From an uncultured SAR86 cluster bacterium (lineage in GTDB: Bacteria; Pseudomonadota; Gammaproteobacteria; Magnimaribacterales; AG-339-G14), in NCBI GenBank assembly GCA_902527995.1, contig CABZRA010000002.1:1550-65549 (forward strand): 64,000 bases of DNA. Reading direction: 5' to 3'. The notes beneath the pieces are model-generated. The model saw only the letters and a list, made by a program, of their open reading frames with translations. It was not told where the DNA came from and did not search any database. Of the stretch, positions 31,762-41,765 are shown piece after piece (the first letter of the stretch is position 1; the number at the start of each line of letters is the position of its first letter). A program made the position numbers and the translations under genes.

Positions 31762-32161
31762 AAAATACCTAGCTGAAATTAATGTTATTCCTTATGTGGA
31801 CATAATGTTAGTTCTCCTTTTAATTTTTATGGTAACGGCGCCTTTTTTAATCCAAGGGATTAATATTGATTTACCTCAAGTCGATTCGGCACCAATAGAA
31901 GATTTTGAAAATAATTCTTTAACTATTTCCATAGATTCAAAAGGAAATTATTTTCTAGAACTCGATACCTTTAGGAACGTATCTATGGATTTAATTAAAC
32001 TTGAATCTGAATTAAAAAAAATAATACCAAAAAATAAAATTGAAATTTTTATTCGCGCAGACTCACAAGTTATTTTTAACGACGTTGCATTATTGATGTC
32101 TTCTTTACAAAAACTTAAACCTAACTCAATTAACTTTCTTACAGAACCTAAAGATGATTAA
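31742..32161 (+). CDS. tolR: TolR
   Basis: EINVIPYVDIMLVLLLIFMVTAP. Confidence 0.94.
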   Translation: MRTRDPKKYLAEINVIPYVDIMLVLLLIFMVTAPFLIQGINIDLPQVDSAPIEDFENNSLTISIDSKGNYFLELDTFRNVSMDLIKLESELKKIIPKNKIEIFIRADSQVIFNDVALLMSSLQKLKPNSINFLTEPKDD

Positions 32162-32744
32162 TTTATATCTAGGATTCTTTTTATCTTTTTTTGGCCACTT
32201 AATAATTTTATTGATGGTTCTAGTAGATTTTTCTATTTTTTTTTCAAATAAACAGAATTATGAAGTTATCCCTATTGGCTTTATTCTGGAAAAAAAAGAA
32301 AAACCCAATTTGAGAGGAATTCAAGAAAAATTATTTTCTCTTAAAGAATTAGAAAGCAATAGTCTTGAAATTGATAAATTGATTAAATCTGAAGAAAAAA
32401 TTAATTCAAATGATCTTTTTATCTCTGCAAAACAGTCTCTTGAAGCGTTGCAAAAAGAAAAATTTGAAGAAACTATTATTATTATTCAAAGAAAATTTAT
32501 CGAATTATGGAATAAGCCTTTTGTCCTTAATGAAGACCTAAAAGTTTCTATCAAAATAAAATTAGCACCTTCCGGTGAGATTTTATCCAAAACTTTAATG
32601 GAATCGAGCAGTAATGATAAATTTGATGATTCAGCAATGAAAGCTGTTAATAAAATTAGTTTTCTTAAAGAAGTATCCAATTTAAAGAGGGAAGATTTTG
32701 AAAAGTACTTTAGAGAAATTAATTTAGTTTTTAAATCAAGATAA
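32154..32744 (+). CDS. tolA: Short TolA
   Basis: N-terminal TM with SxxxH, C-terminal TonB/TolA domain (LAPSG, SSSNDKFDDSA); between tolR and tolB. Confidence 0.82.
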   Translation: MINLYLGFFLSFFGHLIILLMVLVDFSIFFSNKQNYEVIPIGFILEKKEKPNLRGIQEKLFSLKELESNSLEIDKLIKSEEKINSNDLFISAKQSLEALQKEKFEETIIIIQRKFIELWNKPFVLNEDLKVSIKIKLAPSGEILSKTLMESSSNDKFDDSAMKAVNKISFLKEVSNLKREDFEKYFREINLVFKSR

Positions 32745-34016
32745 ATGAAAATTTTCTTTATCGTCTTAATCTATTTTTTTTGCTTGAACTTTGAAGCAAA
32801 ATTAAAGATAGAAATTATAAAAGGTTCTGAGGATCTTCCCGATATAGCTGTCGTTCCTTTCAAAAGTAGTCTTGGAAGAAAGTTTGAATATAAAGTCAGA
32901 GATTTAATAAATGAAAAGTTAACACTTTTTGGTGAGTTTAATTCTCTCGAATTGGAGAAGATGTTGTCTTTTCCTTTTGATGAAGAAAGTTTCTACAGAA
33001 GAGATTGGGAGCTTTTATCTGTAGACTACGCAGTTTTCGGAGAAATTTATGAAACGGAAGGCAATTTAACTCTATATTACTTGGTTGCTGATATTGGCCT
33101 TAAAAGAATTATTCTTCGAGGAGATATAACAGGAGAGAACAAAAATATTGGATTAATTACGAAAAAGATCAGTGATAGAGTTTATGAAAGTATTACAGGT
33201 TTGAAAGGAATCTTTAATACAAAACTTGCTTACATTTTAAATCCAGAGCCAAATAAATATAGTATTTGCGTATCAGATATTGATGGGGATAATGAAGAAG
33301 TTTTATTTTCCTCAAATTCACCTTTAATGTCTCCCGACTGGTCACCAGATGGCAACAAACTAGCTTATGTATCTTTTGAAAAAGGTTTTGCAGAGATTTA
33401 CATTCAAAACTTATTGACTGGAGTTAGAGAGACTATTCCAACTCTCGGTATGAGCAAAAGCGCACCTGTTTGGTCTCCTGACTCTAAAAATTTAGCATTT
33501 GTAATTTCTATGTCTGGAAATCCAGATATTTATAATTACAATTTAAAAAATAAAAAAATTTCTAGATTAACTAACCATTACGGAATTGATACTGAACCAG
33601 CTTGGTCTCCAGATGGAAAAAAATTATTATTTACTTCTAACAGGTCAGGAAGCCCTCAAATTTTTGAGATTAAAGTATCAAATAAGAGAATAAAAAGGGT
33701 AACTTTGGAAGGAAGTTATAATGCTAGATCTAGATTTTTTCCTGACGGAAAAAATATTGTTTTTGTTCATGGAAATAATGGTATTTTTCACATAGCCACT
33801 AGAAATCTCAAAGATAGATTTATAAATATTGTGACGAAAACGACCTTAGACGAATCACCAACAATTTCTCCAAATGGTCACATTGTTATTTATTCTACAA
33901 AAAAAGAAAATCAAGGTTACTTAGCAGGCATAACTGTAGATAGAAAATCTAAATTTCAGTTACCAGTTAAGAAGGGGTCTGTTAGAGAGCCAGCATGGTC
34001 TCCTTTTTTGAACTAA
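32745..34016 (+). CDS. tolB: TolB
   Basis: PD40 repeats SPDWSPDG, PVWSPD, EPAWSPDG; C-terminal REPAWSP. Confidence 0.95.
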   Translation: MKIFFIVLIYFFCLNFEAKLKIEIIKGSEDLPDIAVVPFKSSLGRKFEYKVRDLINEKLTLFGEFNSLELEKMLSFPFDEESFYRRDWELLSVDYAVFGEIYETEGNLTLYYLVADIGLKRIILRGDITGENKNIGLITKKISDRVYESITGLKGIFNTKLAYILNPEPNKYSICVSDIDGDNEEVLFSSNSPLMSPDWSPDGNKLAYVSFEKGFAEIYIQNLLTGVRETIPTLGMSKSAPVWSPDSKNLAFVISMSGNPDIYNYNLKNKKISRLTNHYGIDTEPAWSPDGKKLLFTSNRSGSPQIFEIKVSNKRIKRVTLEGSYNARSRFFPDGKNIVFVHGNNGIFHIATRNLKDRFINIVTKTTLDESPTISPNGHIVIYSTKKENQGYLAGITVDRKSKFQLPVKKGSVREPAWSPFLN

Positions 34017-34073
34017 TAAAGCCTGTATCTGTCTAAGATAGAGTTATATAAATTATAATAACTAGGAGATGTC

Positions 34074-34538
34074 ATGAAATTCTTAAAATCAGTACCAATA
34101 ATTTTTTTATTATTTCTAATAAGTTGTTCTACACAAGTAAGCGATTCTGTTAGTGAAACAATTTATACAGAAGTTGAAGGAATAAATTTTGATGAAAAAG
34201 ATAAAATTGATACATCTCTGGAAGATAAAGTTTTTTTTGATTTTGATAAAAGCACTCTAAATAACGATACAAAAAAAATTCTTTCTCAATATGTTTCAGA
34301 ATCCAAAAAAGCTAACATAATTAGACTTGAAGGTCACTGTGATGAGAGAGGTACTAGAGAGTACAATTTAGCTTTAGGAGAAAAAAGAGCAATAGAAGTA
34401 AAAAATTACTTAATTATTCAAGGAGTGTCTTCATCAAAGATTAAAATCATTAGTTATGGAGAAGAAAAACCTATCAGCTTTGGTTCTACAGAATCAGATT
34501 GGAAACAAAATAGAAGGGTTGAGATTACATTGTTTTAA
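34074..34538 (+). CDS. pal: Peptidoglycan-associated lipoprotein
   Basis: Lipobox LISC, FFDFDKS, GHCDERGTREYNLALGEKRA, NRRV; SD AGGAG. Confidence 0.95.
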   Translation: MKFLKSVPIIFLLFLISCSTQVSDSVSETIYTEVEGINFDEKDKIDTSLEDKVFFDFDKSTLNNDTKKILSQYVSESKKANIIRLEGHCDERGTREYNLALGEKRAIEVKNYLIIQGVSSSKIKIISYGEEKPISFGSTESDWKQNRRVEITLF

Positions 34539-34553
34539 TAAATTCTTCAGAAA

Positions 34554-35261
34554 ATGAATAAGTTTCTTTTAACAATAGTTTTTACGATTCTTTCTGGCAA
34601 TTTTCTTGCACAGAGCGATCAAGAATCTTTAGAAATATTATTAGATAAATTGAATAAACTTGAAGAAGAAATAGCTAATCTTTCGAATAATATAGATCAA
34701 AATACATATGAACTTCAGAGAATTGAAGATGCTAATCAATTAAGATATATGGATTTAGATAAACGCATTCATCAGCTTGAGACTCTTATTCTTTTGTCAA
34801 ATGAAGATGACAACCAAGAACAAATTGTATCGAGTGATCTTGACGAAAATCCCTTATCTGGGCTCATAGCCAATGATGAGTCTGAAGAGGAATTTCTGTT
34901 GTGGTCCAATTCCTTAAAACTTATTGAAAATTCTAGATATTCAGAGGCTGCTGAAAACCTTAGATTGTTGATTTTATCTTTTCCTCAAGGGGAATATACA
35001 AACGAAGCTTATTTTTATTTAGGAGATATTTATTTTCAACAACAAATGTACCAAGATTCTATCGAGACATTCAATTCACTTTTAAATAATTTTCCCGAAA
35101 ACAATAGAACTCCAGAATCTATTTTCAAATTAGGATTGAATTTTCTCCAACTTGAAGATGAATTAGCTGCTATAAGTAATTTTAATAATGTTATACAAAA
35201 TTATCCTGAATCCAGTGCAGCCATTCTTTCAAAGGAAGAATTAGTTAAACTTAATAATTGA
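34554..35261 (+). CDS. cpoB: Cell division coordinator CpoB (YbgF)
   Basis: Signal peptide, coiled coil, TPR repeats; follows pal. Confidence 0.85.
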   Translation: MNKFLLTIVFTILSGNFLAQSDQESLEILLDKLNKLEEEIANLSNNIDQNTYELQRIEDANQLRYMDLDKRIHQLETLILLSNEDDNQEQIVSSDLDENPLSGLIANDESEEEFLLWSNSLKLIENSRYSEAAENLRLLILSFPQGEYTNEAYFYLGDIYFQQQMYQDSIETFNSLLNNFPENNRTPESIFKLGLNFLQLEDELAAISNFNNVIQNYPESSAAILSKEELVKLNN

Positions 35262-35263
35262 TT

Positions 35264-35272
35264 TGATATAAT
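35264..35272 (+). promoter_or_regulatory. Extended -10 promoter for tRNA-Lys
   Basis: TGATATAAT ending 11 nt before the tRNA 5' end. Confidence 0.55.
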
Positions 35273-35283
35273 CCCTTCAATTT

Positions 35284-35359
35284 GGGTCGTTAGCTCAGTT
35301 GGTAGAGCAGTTGGCTTTTAATCAATTGGTCATAGGTTCGAATCCTATACGACCCACCA
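35284..35359 (+). tRNA. tRNA-Lys(UUU)
   Basis: 76 nt cloverleaf GGGTCGT...ACGACCC-ACCA, anticodon loop CTTTTAA, GGTTCGAATCC T-arm, encoded CCA. Confidence 0.98.
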
Positions 35360-35365
35360 AGGTTT

Positions 35366-35719
35366 ATGACTTATCTTTTAATTTTTATAGGAGGAGGCCT
35401 GGGAGCAGGAACCAGATTTTTTGTTTCAAATCTTCTTGGAAATTTTTCTATTTTCGGATTTGCCATAAGCACCTTAATTGTCAATATTATTGGTTGTTTT
35501 TTAATTGGTTTTTTTATGGCAGAAAATTTAGAATTTTCTAAGTCTTTACAACTTTTTTTTGTAATAGGTTTTTTAGGCTCTTTTACTACTTTTTCGACTT
35601 TTACCAAAGAAGCAATCTTGTTTTATGAACAAATAGGAATTATGGAAAGTTTAGTTTATATTTTCATGACTTTAATTTTTTGTTTAATATCCACTTATAC
35701 AAGCTATAGATTTTTTTAA
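35366..35719 (+). CDS. crcB: Fluoride channel Fluc
   Basis: GGGLGAGTR, TLIVNIIG, GFLGSFTTFSTF. Confidence 0.93.
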   Translation: MTYLLIFIGGGLGAGTRFFVSNLLGNFSIFGFAISTLIVNIIGCFLIGFFMAENLEFSKSLQLFFVIGFLGSFTTFSTFTKEAILFYEQIGIMESLVYIFMTLIFCLISTYTSYRFF

Positions 35720-36073
35720 ATGAGTAAGACAATCTTTCAAAGAATCATAGATAGAGAAATTCCTTCAGAAATATTATATGAGGACGAACTTTGTATCGTA
35801 ATTAAAGATATTGCTCCTAAAGCTCCTGTACATCTTTTGGTCATACCAAAAAAATTGATATCAAAATTATCAGAAAGTTCTGAGGAAGATACCAATCTGC
35901 TTGGACATATGTTGAAGATAGTAAGAGAAATGGCTAGAAATTATGGAATAGAGGAGGCTTTTAATGTGGTTATAAATAATGGAGAAAAAGCCGGACAAAC
36001 TGTTTTTCACTTACATATTCATGTTTTAGGCGGGAATCAAGTTGAACTGCCTTCAGAATTAATTACAGATTAA
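35720..36073 (+). CDS. hinT: HIT-family nucleotide phosphoramidase
   Basis: TIFQRII, DIAPKAPVH, GQTVFHLHIHVLGG. Confidence 0.92.
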   Translation: MSKTIFQRIIDREIPSEILYEDELCIVIKDIAPKAPVHLLVIPKKLISKLSESSEEDTNLLGHMLKIVREMARNYGIEEAFNVVINNGEKAGQTVFHLHIHVLGGNQVELPSELITD

Positions 36074-36075
36074 TA

Positions 36076-37503
36076 TCAAGATAATTCTCTTAGGGCTTTT
36101 TTTGTCTCAAATATATCTTCAAGTCTACTTACGATGGATTCTCTTATTTCAAAAAAATTTTTAGAGAGTTTTAATGCCTCTCTTAGTTGAAAAATTGCTG
36201 CATCATACCTTCCTGTGAGCATAAAATATTCCGCTCTGGATCTATGAAGACCTAATATGTTTCCTGCTAGACCTTGGGCCTCTGCAAGTTGATACCAAAC
36301 AGAAGGATCAGAAGATCTATTTCTGCTTAATTCGCTTAAAATTATTTCTGCTTTTCTTGCTTGATTATTTTGTAGGTATGCTTTTGAAAGAATTTTTGAA
36401 ATTGCGTAATTATTTTTATTCAAACTCAATAATGTTTCACCTACTGATACGGCTTCAAAGTTATTTTCTTCCTCTAAATGAAGTTCCATTAAGGTTGTTT
36501 GCAAAATTAAGTTATTTGGAAATTGATCAAGCAAAGCTCTTAAAAGTTTAAAAGCTGATGGAAAGTTTTTTAATTTTTTGTGAGATAAAACTAAGCCATA
36601 CTCAGCTGCGACAATTGATTTTTGATTAACATTGGAACGTAAAATATTTTCATATTCTTTAATTAGGTCTCTAGGATTGTTCGATGATGAAACAATCGAC
36701 CTTGCTTTAATTAAATAAAAATCCAGAGAATCTCTGTATTCTCCTTTTGTCTCTATAGAGTTTTCTCTCAAACGGGCATCAGTAATTCTCTCTTTAGGAA
36801 GTGGATGGCTCATAAGATAAGAAAATTCTTCATCATTCGCTCCTCTAGATTGCTGAAGCTTCTGAAACATACTAGACATCCCTTTAGGATCAAATCCAGC
36901 TCTAACAAGATTATTAAAACCAATTCTATCCGCTTCTTTTTCATTGCTTCTGGTATAGTTAATCGAGAGTTGTTGAATGAGGGCAGGGCCTAAGTAGATT
37001 CCCTCAGGACTTCCTGAGGCTGCTGCAACTGCCACGCTTCCCAGAATGAGAAGGGCATTTCCTAATGCTGTGACTTGAGATTGAGATCTTGCAAAATGCC
37101 TTTGACTCAAATGAGCCAATTCATGACACATTACTGAAGCAAATTCTGACTCAAATTCAGTTTTAAGAAACATTCCTTTATTAATTCCAATAATACCTCC
37201 TGGTGCAGCAAATGCATTGATAGATTCATCGTCAATTACGACAAATTCATATCTTCTGTCTCTTACTTCACTAGTTTCAGAAATTCTATAAATTAAATCT
37301 TCTATGTAAGTTGTTGTTAAAGGATCTTCATACTCTTCTACTGACGATCTAAAAATAGAAAGCCATAATCTTCCCAAGTCATACTCTCCTGATAAAGAAA
37401 TAGAGGCCGAAGAGGGGTCTCCTAACAATGGAAGATTATCTTCTGCTTGATTTAAAGAAACAGAGGAGAAAAACAAAAATAAAAATAAATAAAAATATTT
37501 CAT
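36076..37503 (-). CDS. bepA: M48 metalloprotease with TPRs (BepA-like)
   Basis: INAFAAPGG, HELAH, EKEADRIG, SHP; synteny with perM-bcp-dapA. Confidence 0.88.
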   Translation of the reverse strand: MKYFYLFLFLFFSSVSLNQAEDNLPLLGDPSSASISLSGEYDLGRLWLSIFRSSVEEYEDPLTTTYIEDLIYRISETSEVRDRRYEFVVIDDESINAFAAPGGIIGINKGMFLKTEFESEFASVMCHELAHLSQRHFARSQSQVTALGNALLILGSVAVAAASGSPEGIYLGPALIQQLSINYTRSNEKEADRIGFNNLVRAGFDPKGMSSMFQKLQQSRGANDEEFSYLMSHPLPKERITDARLRENSIETKGEYRDSLDFYLIKARSIVSSSNNPRDLIKEYENILRSNVNQKSIVAAEYGLVLSHKKLKNFPSAFKLLRALLDQFPNNLILQTTLMELHLEEENNFEAVSVGETLLSLNKNNYAISKILSKAYLQNNQARKAEIILSELSRNRSSDPSVWYQLAEAQGLAGNILGLHRSRAEYFMLTGRYDAAIFQLREALKLSKNFFEIRESIVSRLEDIFETKKALRELS

Positions 37504-37560
37504 TTAAAAAAGTATAATTCCTAAGGTTAGGTATTTTAATTAAATATCGTCTTTTTTAAT

Positions 37561-38616
37561 ATGGTCAAATTCTTAAAAAATTTTTTTGATACTTATTTTT
37601 TCAAAGAAGAGCAATATGCTGCTTTGGTTTTGTTACTGATAGCTTTAGTTTTAATTTATTTTATTGGCAGCTTAATAACCCCTTTTTTCATTGCCTTATT
37701 GATTGCTTATTTACTAAATGGAGCAATGGCTTTTTTTGGCTCTAAGGGAGCATCAAAAAGAACCTCATTGTTTTTAGCATTCATAATCTTTACTGCTTTT
37801 TATGTTTCTATGTTTTTGCTGCTTCCTTTGATAACTTCTCAAATTGGATCGTTGATCAATGAACTTCCTGCCATCGCAAACTACGTTGAAAAACTCGCTC
37901 AAAATTTATTAAAAGCGTATCCAGAAATTTTTTCTCAAAGCCAGGTTGACGGTCTAGCGGGAAGCATTACTTCTTTCTTTCCAACTATTGCTGAGCAAAT
38001 TCTTATTCAAATGAACGCAGGTTTTTCTGCAATGATGAATGCATTGATATATATAATTTTGATTCCTTTTTTTGTTTTTTTCTTCTTGAAAGATAAAAAT
38101 GAAATGATTGAATATGCAACTTATTTCCTACCTAAAAATTCACAACTTTTATCTACACTTTGGTCTGATTTAAACATTCAATTATTTGGATATATTAGAG
38201 GCAAAGCGTTAGAAATGATAATTGTCGGATTTATTACCTCACTAGTTTTCGCATTTATAGGAGTTAATTACTCTATTTTGTTAGGTATCATGGTAGGGCT
38301 ATCGGTTTTGGTGCCTTTATTTGGAGCAATTATTGTAACTATTCCTGTTGTTGCTATAGGTTTGTTTCAATATGGTTTAGAATCCACTTTCTTTATATTT
38401 TTAGCAAGTTATCTAATTATTCAAACTTTAGACGGAAATTTCCTTTTTCCCTTGTTATTAGGTAGAGAGGTAAATTTGCACCCAGTTTTGATAATACTAG
38501 CAATTTTAATCTTTGGAGGGATTTGGGGCTTTTGGGGTCTTCTGTTAGCAGTACCGATTGCTACTTTTATAAGAGCTATTTTAAGAGCTTGGCCGAAAAA
38601 AGAATTAGCTAGCTGA
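37561..38616 (+). CDS. perM: AI-2E family transporter (PerM-like)
   Basis: Multi-TM, YIRG, IQTLDGN, NLHP, GLLLAVP. Confidence 0.85.
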   Translation: MVKFLKNFFDTYFFKEEQYAALVLLLIALVLIYFIGSLITPFFIALLIAYLLNGAMAFFGSKGASKRTSLFLAFIIFTAFYVSMFLLLPLITSQIGSLINELPAIANYVEKLAQNLLKAYPEIFSQSQVDGLAGSITSFFPTIAEQILIQMNAGFSAMMNALIYIILIPFFVFFFLKDKNEMIEYATYFLPKNSQLLSTLWSDLNIQLFGYIRGKALEMIIVGFITSLVFAFIGVNYSILLGIMVGLSVLVPLFGAIIVTIPVVAIGLFQYGLESTFFIFLASYLIIQTLDGNFLFPLLLGREVNLHPVLIILAILIFGGIWGFWGLLLAVPIATFIRAILRAWPKKELAS

Positions 38617-39072
38617 GTTAATTGCTTCTAAAACTTCATCTGCGTGCCCTGGAACTTTTACTTTTCTCCATTCTTTGATTAATTTACCTTTTTCGTCAAT
38701 TAGAAAGGTACTTCTTTCGATTCCCATATATTTCTTACCGTACATATTTTTTTCTTTTATGACGTCAAAAAGGTTACATAGGGATTCTTCAGGATCTGAA
38801 ATTAGTTCAAATGGAAATTTGTATTTTTCAATAAAGCCTTCATGGGATTTAATACTTTCTCTTGAAACACCAAAGATTTCAGCATTGAGTTTCTTAAATT
38901 GAGGATATAAATCTCTAAAATTTTCACCTTCTGTTGTGCATCCAGGTGTGTTGTCTTTTGGATAAAAATAAATAACAACTTTTTTTCCTAATAATTCTTT
39001 CAAATCAAGTTCAGATTTTCCTGTTACTGATACTTTAAAATTAGGGACTTTTTTATTAATTTCGACTTTCAT
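38605..39072 (-). CDS. bcp: Peroxiredoxin BCP
   Basis: YFYPKDNTPGCTTE, GIERSTF; ATG at 39072 preferred over 39117. Confidence 0.93.
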   Translation of the reverse strand: MKVEINKKVPNFKVSVTGKSELDLKELLGKKVVIYFYPKDNTPGCTTEGENFRDLYPQFKKLNAEIFGVSRESIKSHEGFIEKYKFPFELISDPEESLCNLFDVIKEKNMYGKKYMGIERSTFLIDEKGKLIKEWRKVKVPGHADEVLEAINSAS

Positions 39073-39120
39073 ATTAAGGGTTAAATTATTAATTAAAATT
39101 AATATAAAATAAAGCATTTA

Positions 39121-40011
39121 ATGAAGATTTCAGGCGCAATCACAGCATTAGCTACACCAATGAAGACTGATGGATCATTGGACTTTTTATCTCTTGAAAA
39201 GTTAATCGAATTTCAAATCTCTGAGGGAATAAATGCTTTAGTCGCTGTTGGAACTACAGGGGAATCTGCAACAGTTGACGTTAAAGAACATTTAGAAATT
39301 ATTAATTTTTTCATAAAAATTTCTAATGGTAGGGTTCCAATTATTGCTGGAACGGGGGCGAATTCTACGAAAGAGGCTATAGAGCTAACAGAAGAAGCAA
39401 GAGTGTTAGGTGCAGACGCAGCTTTGTTAGTATCGCCTTATTATAATAAACCTACTCAAGAAGGACTTTTCCAACATTTTTCTGAAATTGCAAATTCAGT
39501 TGATTTGCCTCAAATTATTTACAACGTTCCTTCTAGGACCGCAAGCAACATTGAAGTTGATACAGTAAAGAGACTATGTTCAAACAAAAATATAATAGGA
39601 ATTAAAGATGCTACAGGAGATTTAAATATTTTTGAGGATCTTAAAAAACAATGTTCGCTTGAAATTAAATCAGGAAATTTTGCAATATATTCAGGAGATG
39701 ATGAAACATCTTTTGATCTAATTTCTCGAGGCGGACATGGAACAATTTCAGTTACTTCTAATATACTTCCAAAATTAGTTTCTGAAATGTATGAGGCTGC
39801 AAAAATTAATTCTGAATCAGGAGAGGATATAAACTTAAAATTATCGAAAATAAATAAACTTTTATTTTTAGAATCAAATCCAATTCCCATAAAATTTGCT
39901 TTAAATTTAATGGGTATAATAGATAAAGGTATTAGACTCCCTTTAACTTGGTTAGATGAAAAATTTCATCAAGACATTCAGAATGAATTAAATAATCTTA
40001 AATTAATTTAG
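39121..40011 (+). CDS. dapA: 4-hydroxy-tetrahydrodipicolinate synthase
   Basis: GTTGE, PYYNKP, YNVPSRT, GIKDATG, ESNPIP. Confidence 0.97.
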   Translation: MKISGAITALATPMKTDGSLDFLSLEKLIEFQISEGINALVAVGTTGESATVDVKEHLEIINFFIKISNGRVPIIAGTGANSTKEAIELTEEARVLGADAALLVSPYYNKPTQEGLFQHFSEIANSVDLPQIIYNVPSRTASNIEVDTVKRLCSNKNIIGIKDATGDLNIFEDLKKQCSLEIKSGNFAIYSGDDETSFDLISRGGHGTISVTSNILPKLVSEMYEAAKINSESGEDINLKLSKINKLLFLESNPIPIKFALNLMGIIDKGIRLPLTWLDEKFHQDIQNELNNLKLI

Positions 40012-40968
40012 ATGAAGTTATTATCGTATCTCTATTTAATTTTTCTTTTGGCTGCTTGTGCTACCGATCCTTCGGAATCTAGATCTAATAAATATTTAAA
40101 TGAAAAAAATAATAAAACTTTAGAAGAAATAATTGAAGACGAAATAAATGATGCAGTAGATTTTTACCCAATACCTGACTCAGAAGTAACACTTTCTTCA
40201 CAGTCTTATGACTTACCTATGCCCAAGCAATTCTTTTCAGCAGAAAATAAAAATGAAATTAGATTGCATGCTTTAGGGGAGATCAGATGGATTTATGTTG
40301 GTTTAGAGCCAAGCAAAGTATGGCCTATTTTAAAAGAATATTTAGAAAACGATGATTTCGTTAAATTAGGCGCTATAGATCCAAATAAAGGAATTATGGA
40401 AAGCAAAACCTTTGATCATTTAGGAAAATCATCTAAATTTGAGTATAAATTAGAAAGAGGGCTGCAAAGAGAAAGTTCTGAATTATTTATCTCTCATTTA
40501 GTTAAAGAAAATGATAATTGGGTCAAAGTAAAATTAGACACGGAATTAGTAGAAAATAATTCAAAAAAATTACTAGATTATTTTGGTAATTCTGGTCCAG
40601 TAAGTGGCACATCATTAATTGCTTTGAACTTAAACAATGAGGACAAAGCAATTGTTTTTGAAGATCAAGAGGATGGAGATATAAAAATTAAGGTCATGAT
40701 AGGTTTTCCTAGAGCTTGGGCGGCAGTTGAAAGGTCAATTAAGATTGCTGGTTTAAATTTAATAGATAAAAATAGAGATGAGGGCAAATTTTATCTATCT
40801 TTTAAAGGAGACTCTTCTTTTTTTAATAGGAATGAAAGTGATCAAATAATCCAAGTTAGAATAAATAAAATTGAGGAAAATATTTCAATAATTTCTGTTT
40901 TCATGGAAAATGAAGACTCAGAAACTTCTCGTGAAATTATTTCTCAAATAAACCAATCACTCACATAA
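40012..40968 (+). CDS. bamC: Outer membrane assembly lipoprotein BamC (NlpB)
   Basis: Lipobox LAAC; FPRAW segment; canonical slot between dapA and purC. Confidence 0.78.
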   Translation: MKLLSYLYLIFLLAACATDPSESRSNKYLNEKNNKTLEEIIEDEINDAVDFYPIPDSEVTLSSQSYDLPMPKQFFSAENKNEIRLHALGEIRWIYVGLEPSKVWPILKEYLENDDFVKLGAIDPNKGIMESKTFDHLGKSSKFEYKLERGLQRESSELFISHLVKENDNWVKVKLDTELVENNSKKLLDYFGNSGPVSGTSLIALNLNNEDKAIVFEDQEDGDIKIKVMIGFPRAWAAVERSIKIAGLNLIDKNRDEGKFYLSFKGDSSFFNRNESDQIIQVRINKIEENISIISVFMENEDSETSREIISQINQSLT

Positions 40969-40970
40969 AA

Positions 40971-41687
40971 ATGTTAGAAAGAAAAGAATTACTCAAGACT
41001 GGAAAAGCAAAATCTCTTTACCACACAGATGACCCATCTAAGTTAATTATGGAGTACAAAGACGATACATCAGCTTTTGATGGAAAAAAAATTGAACAAA
41101 TAGCTGGAAAGGGAACAGTTAATAACAGATTTAATAGCCACATTATGGAACACTTAAAAAAGAATGATATTCCCAATCATCATTTAGAAGTTTCAAATCC
41201 TAATGAAAGTGTAGTCTTATCTTTGGATATGTTTCCGATAGAATGTGTTGTAAGAAATTTTGCTGCAGGAAGCATCTGCAAAAGACTTGGTTTAGAGGAA
41301 GGTATGAAAATGGACCCTCCGATATTTGAATTTTTTTATAAAGATGATGATCTTGGAGATCCATTAATAAATGATTGTCATATTACTGCTTTTGGATGGG
41401 CCAACGAAAAGGACATAGAAGTAATGAAAGATTTAACTTTAAAAACAAATTTAATATTAGTTTCTCTTTTTGATGCAGCTGATTTAATCCTAGTAGATTT
41501 TAAAATTGAATTTGGGTTAGCTGATGGAAAAATTTTATTGGGCGATGAATTTACTCCTGATGGTTGTAGGGTCTGGGACAAAGAAACTAAAAAGAAGCTT
41601 GACAAAGACAGATTTAGATTAGGATTAGGAGACGTTGTAGAGTCTTACCAAGAGATTGCACACAGACTCGGAATTGATATTAGTTAA
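40971..41687 (+). CDS. purC: SAICAR synthetase
   Basis: GKAK, ECVVRN, LVDFKIEFG, DEFTPDGCRVWD, DKDRFR. Confidence 0.97.
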   Translation: MLERKELLKTGKAKSLYHTDDPSKLIMEYKDDTSAFDGKKIEQIAGKGTVNNRFNSHIMEHLKKNDIPNHHLEVSNPNESVVLSLDMFPIECVVRNFAAGSICKRLGLEEGMKMDPPIFEFFYKDDDLGDPLINDCHITAFGWANEKDIEVMKDLTLKTNLILVSLFDAADLILVDFKIEFGLADGKILLGDEFTPDGCRVWDKETKKKLDKDRFRLGLGDVVESYQEIAHRLGIDIS

Positions 41688-41765
41688 TTATTTTTCTAAA
41701 AAAATCTACTTTATTTCTTTTAATTTCTGTTTATTTTTTTATCGGTTACAATTGTAGTTCAAGTA

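Noticed and set aside
35299..35541. 80-aa ORF starting MVEQLAFNQLVIGSNP
   Set aside because: Translation of the tRNA-Lys gene running into crcB out of frame
39073..39117. N-terminal extension of Bcp
   Set aside because: AT-rich divergent promoter region; family homology begins at ATG 39072
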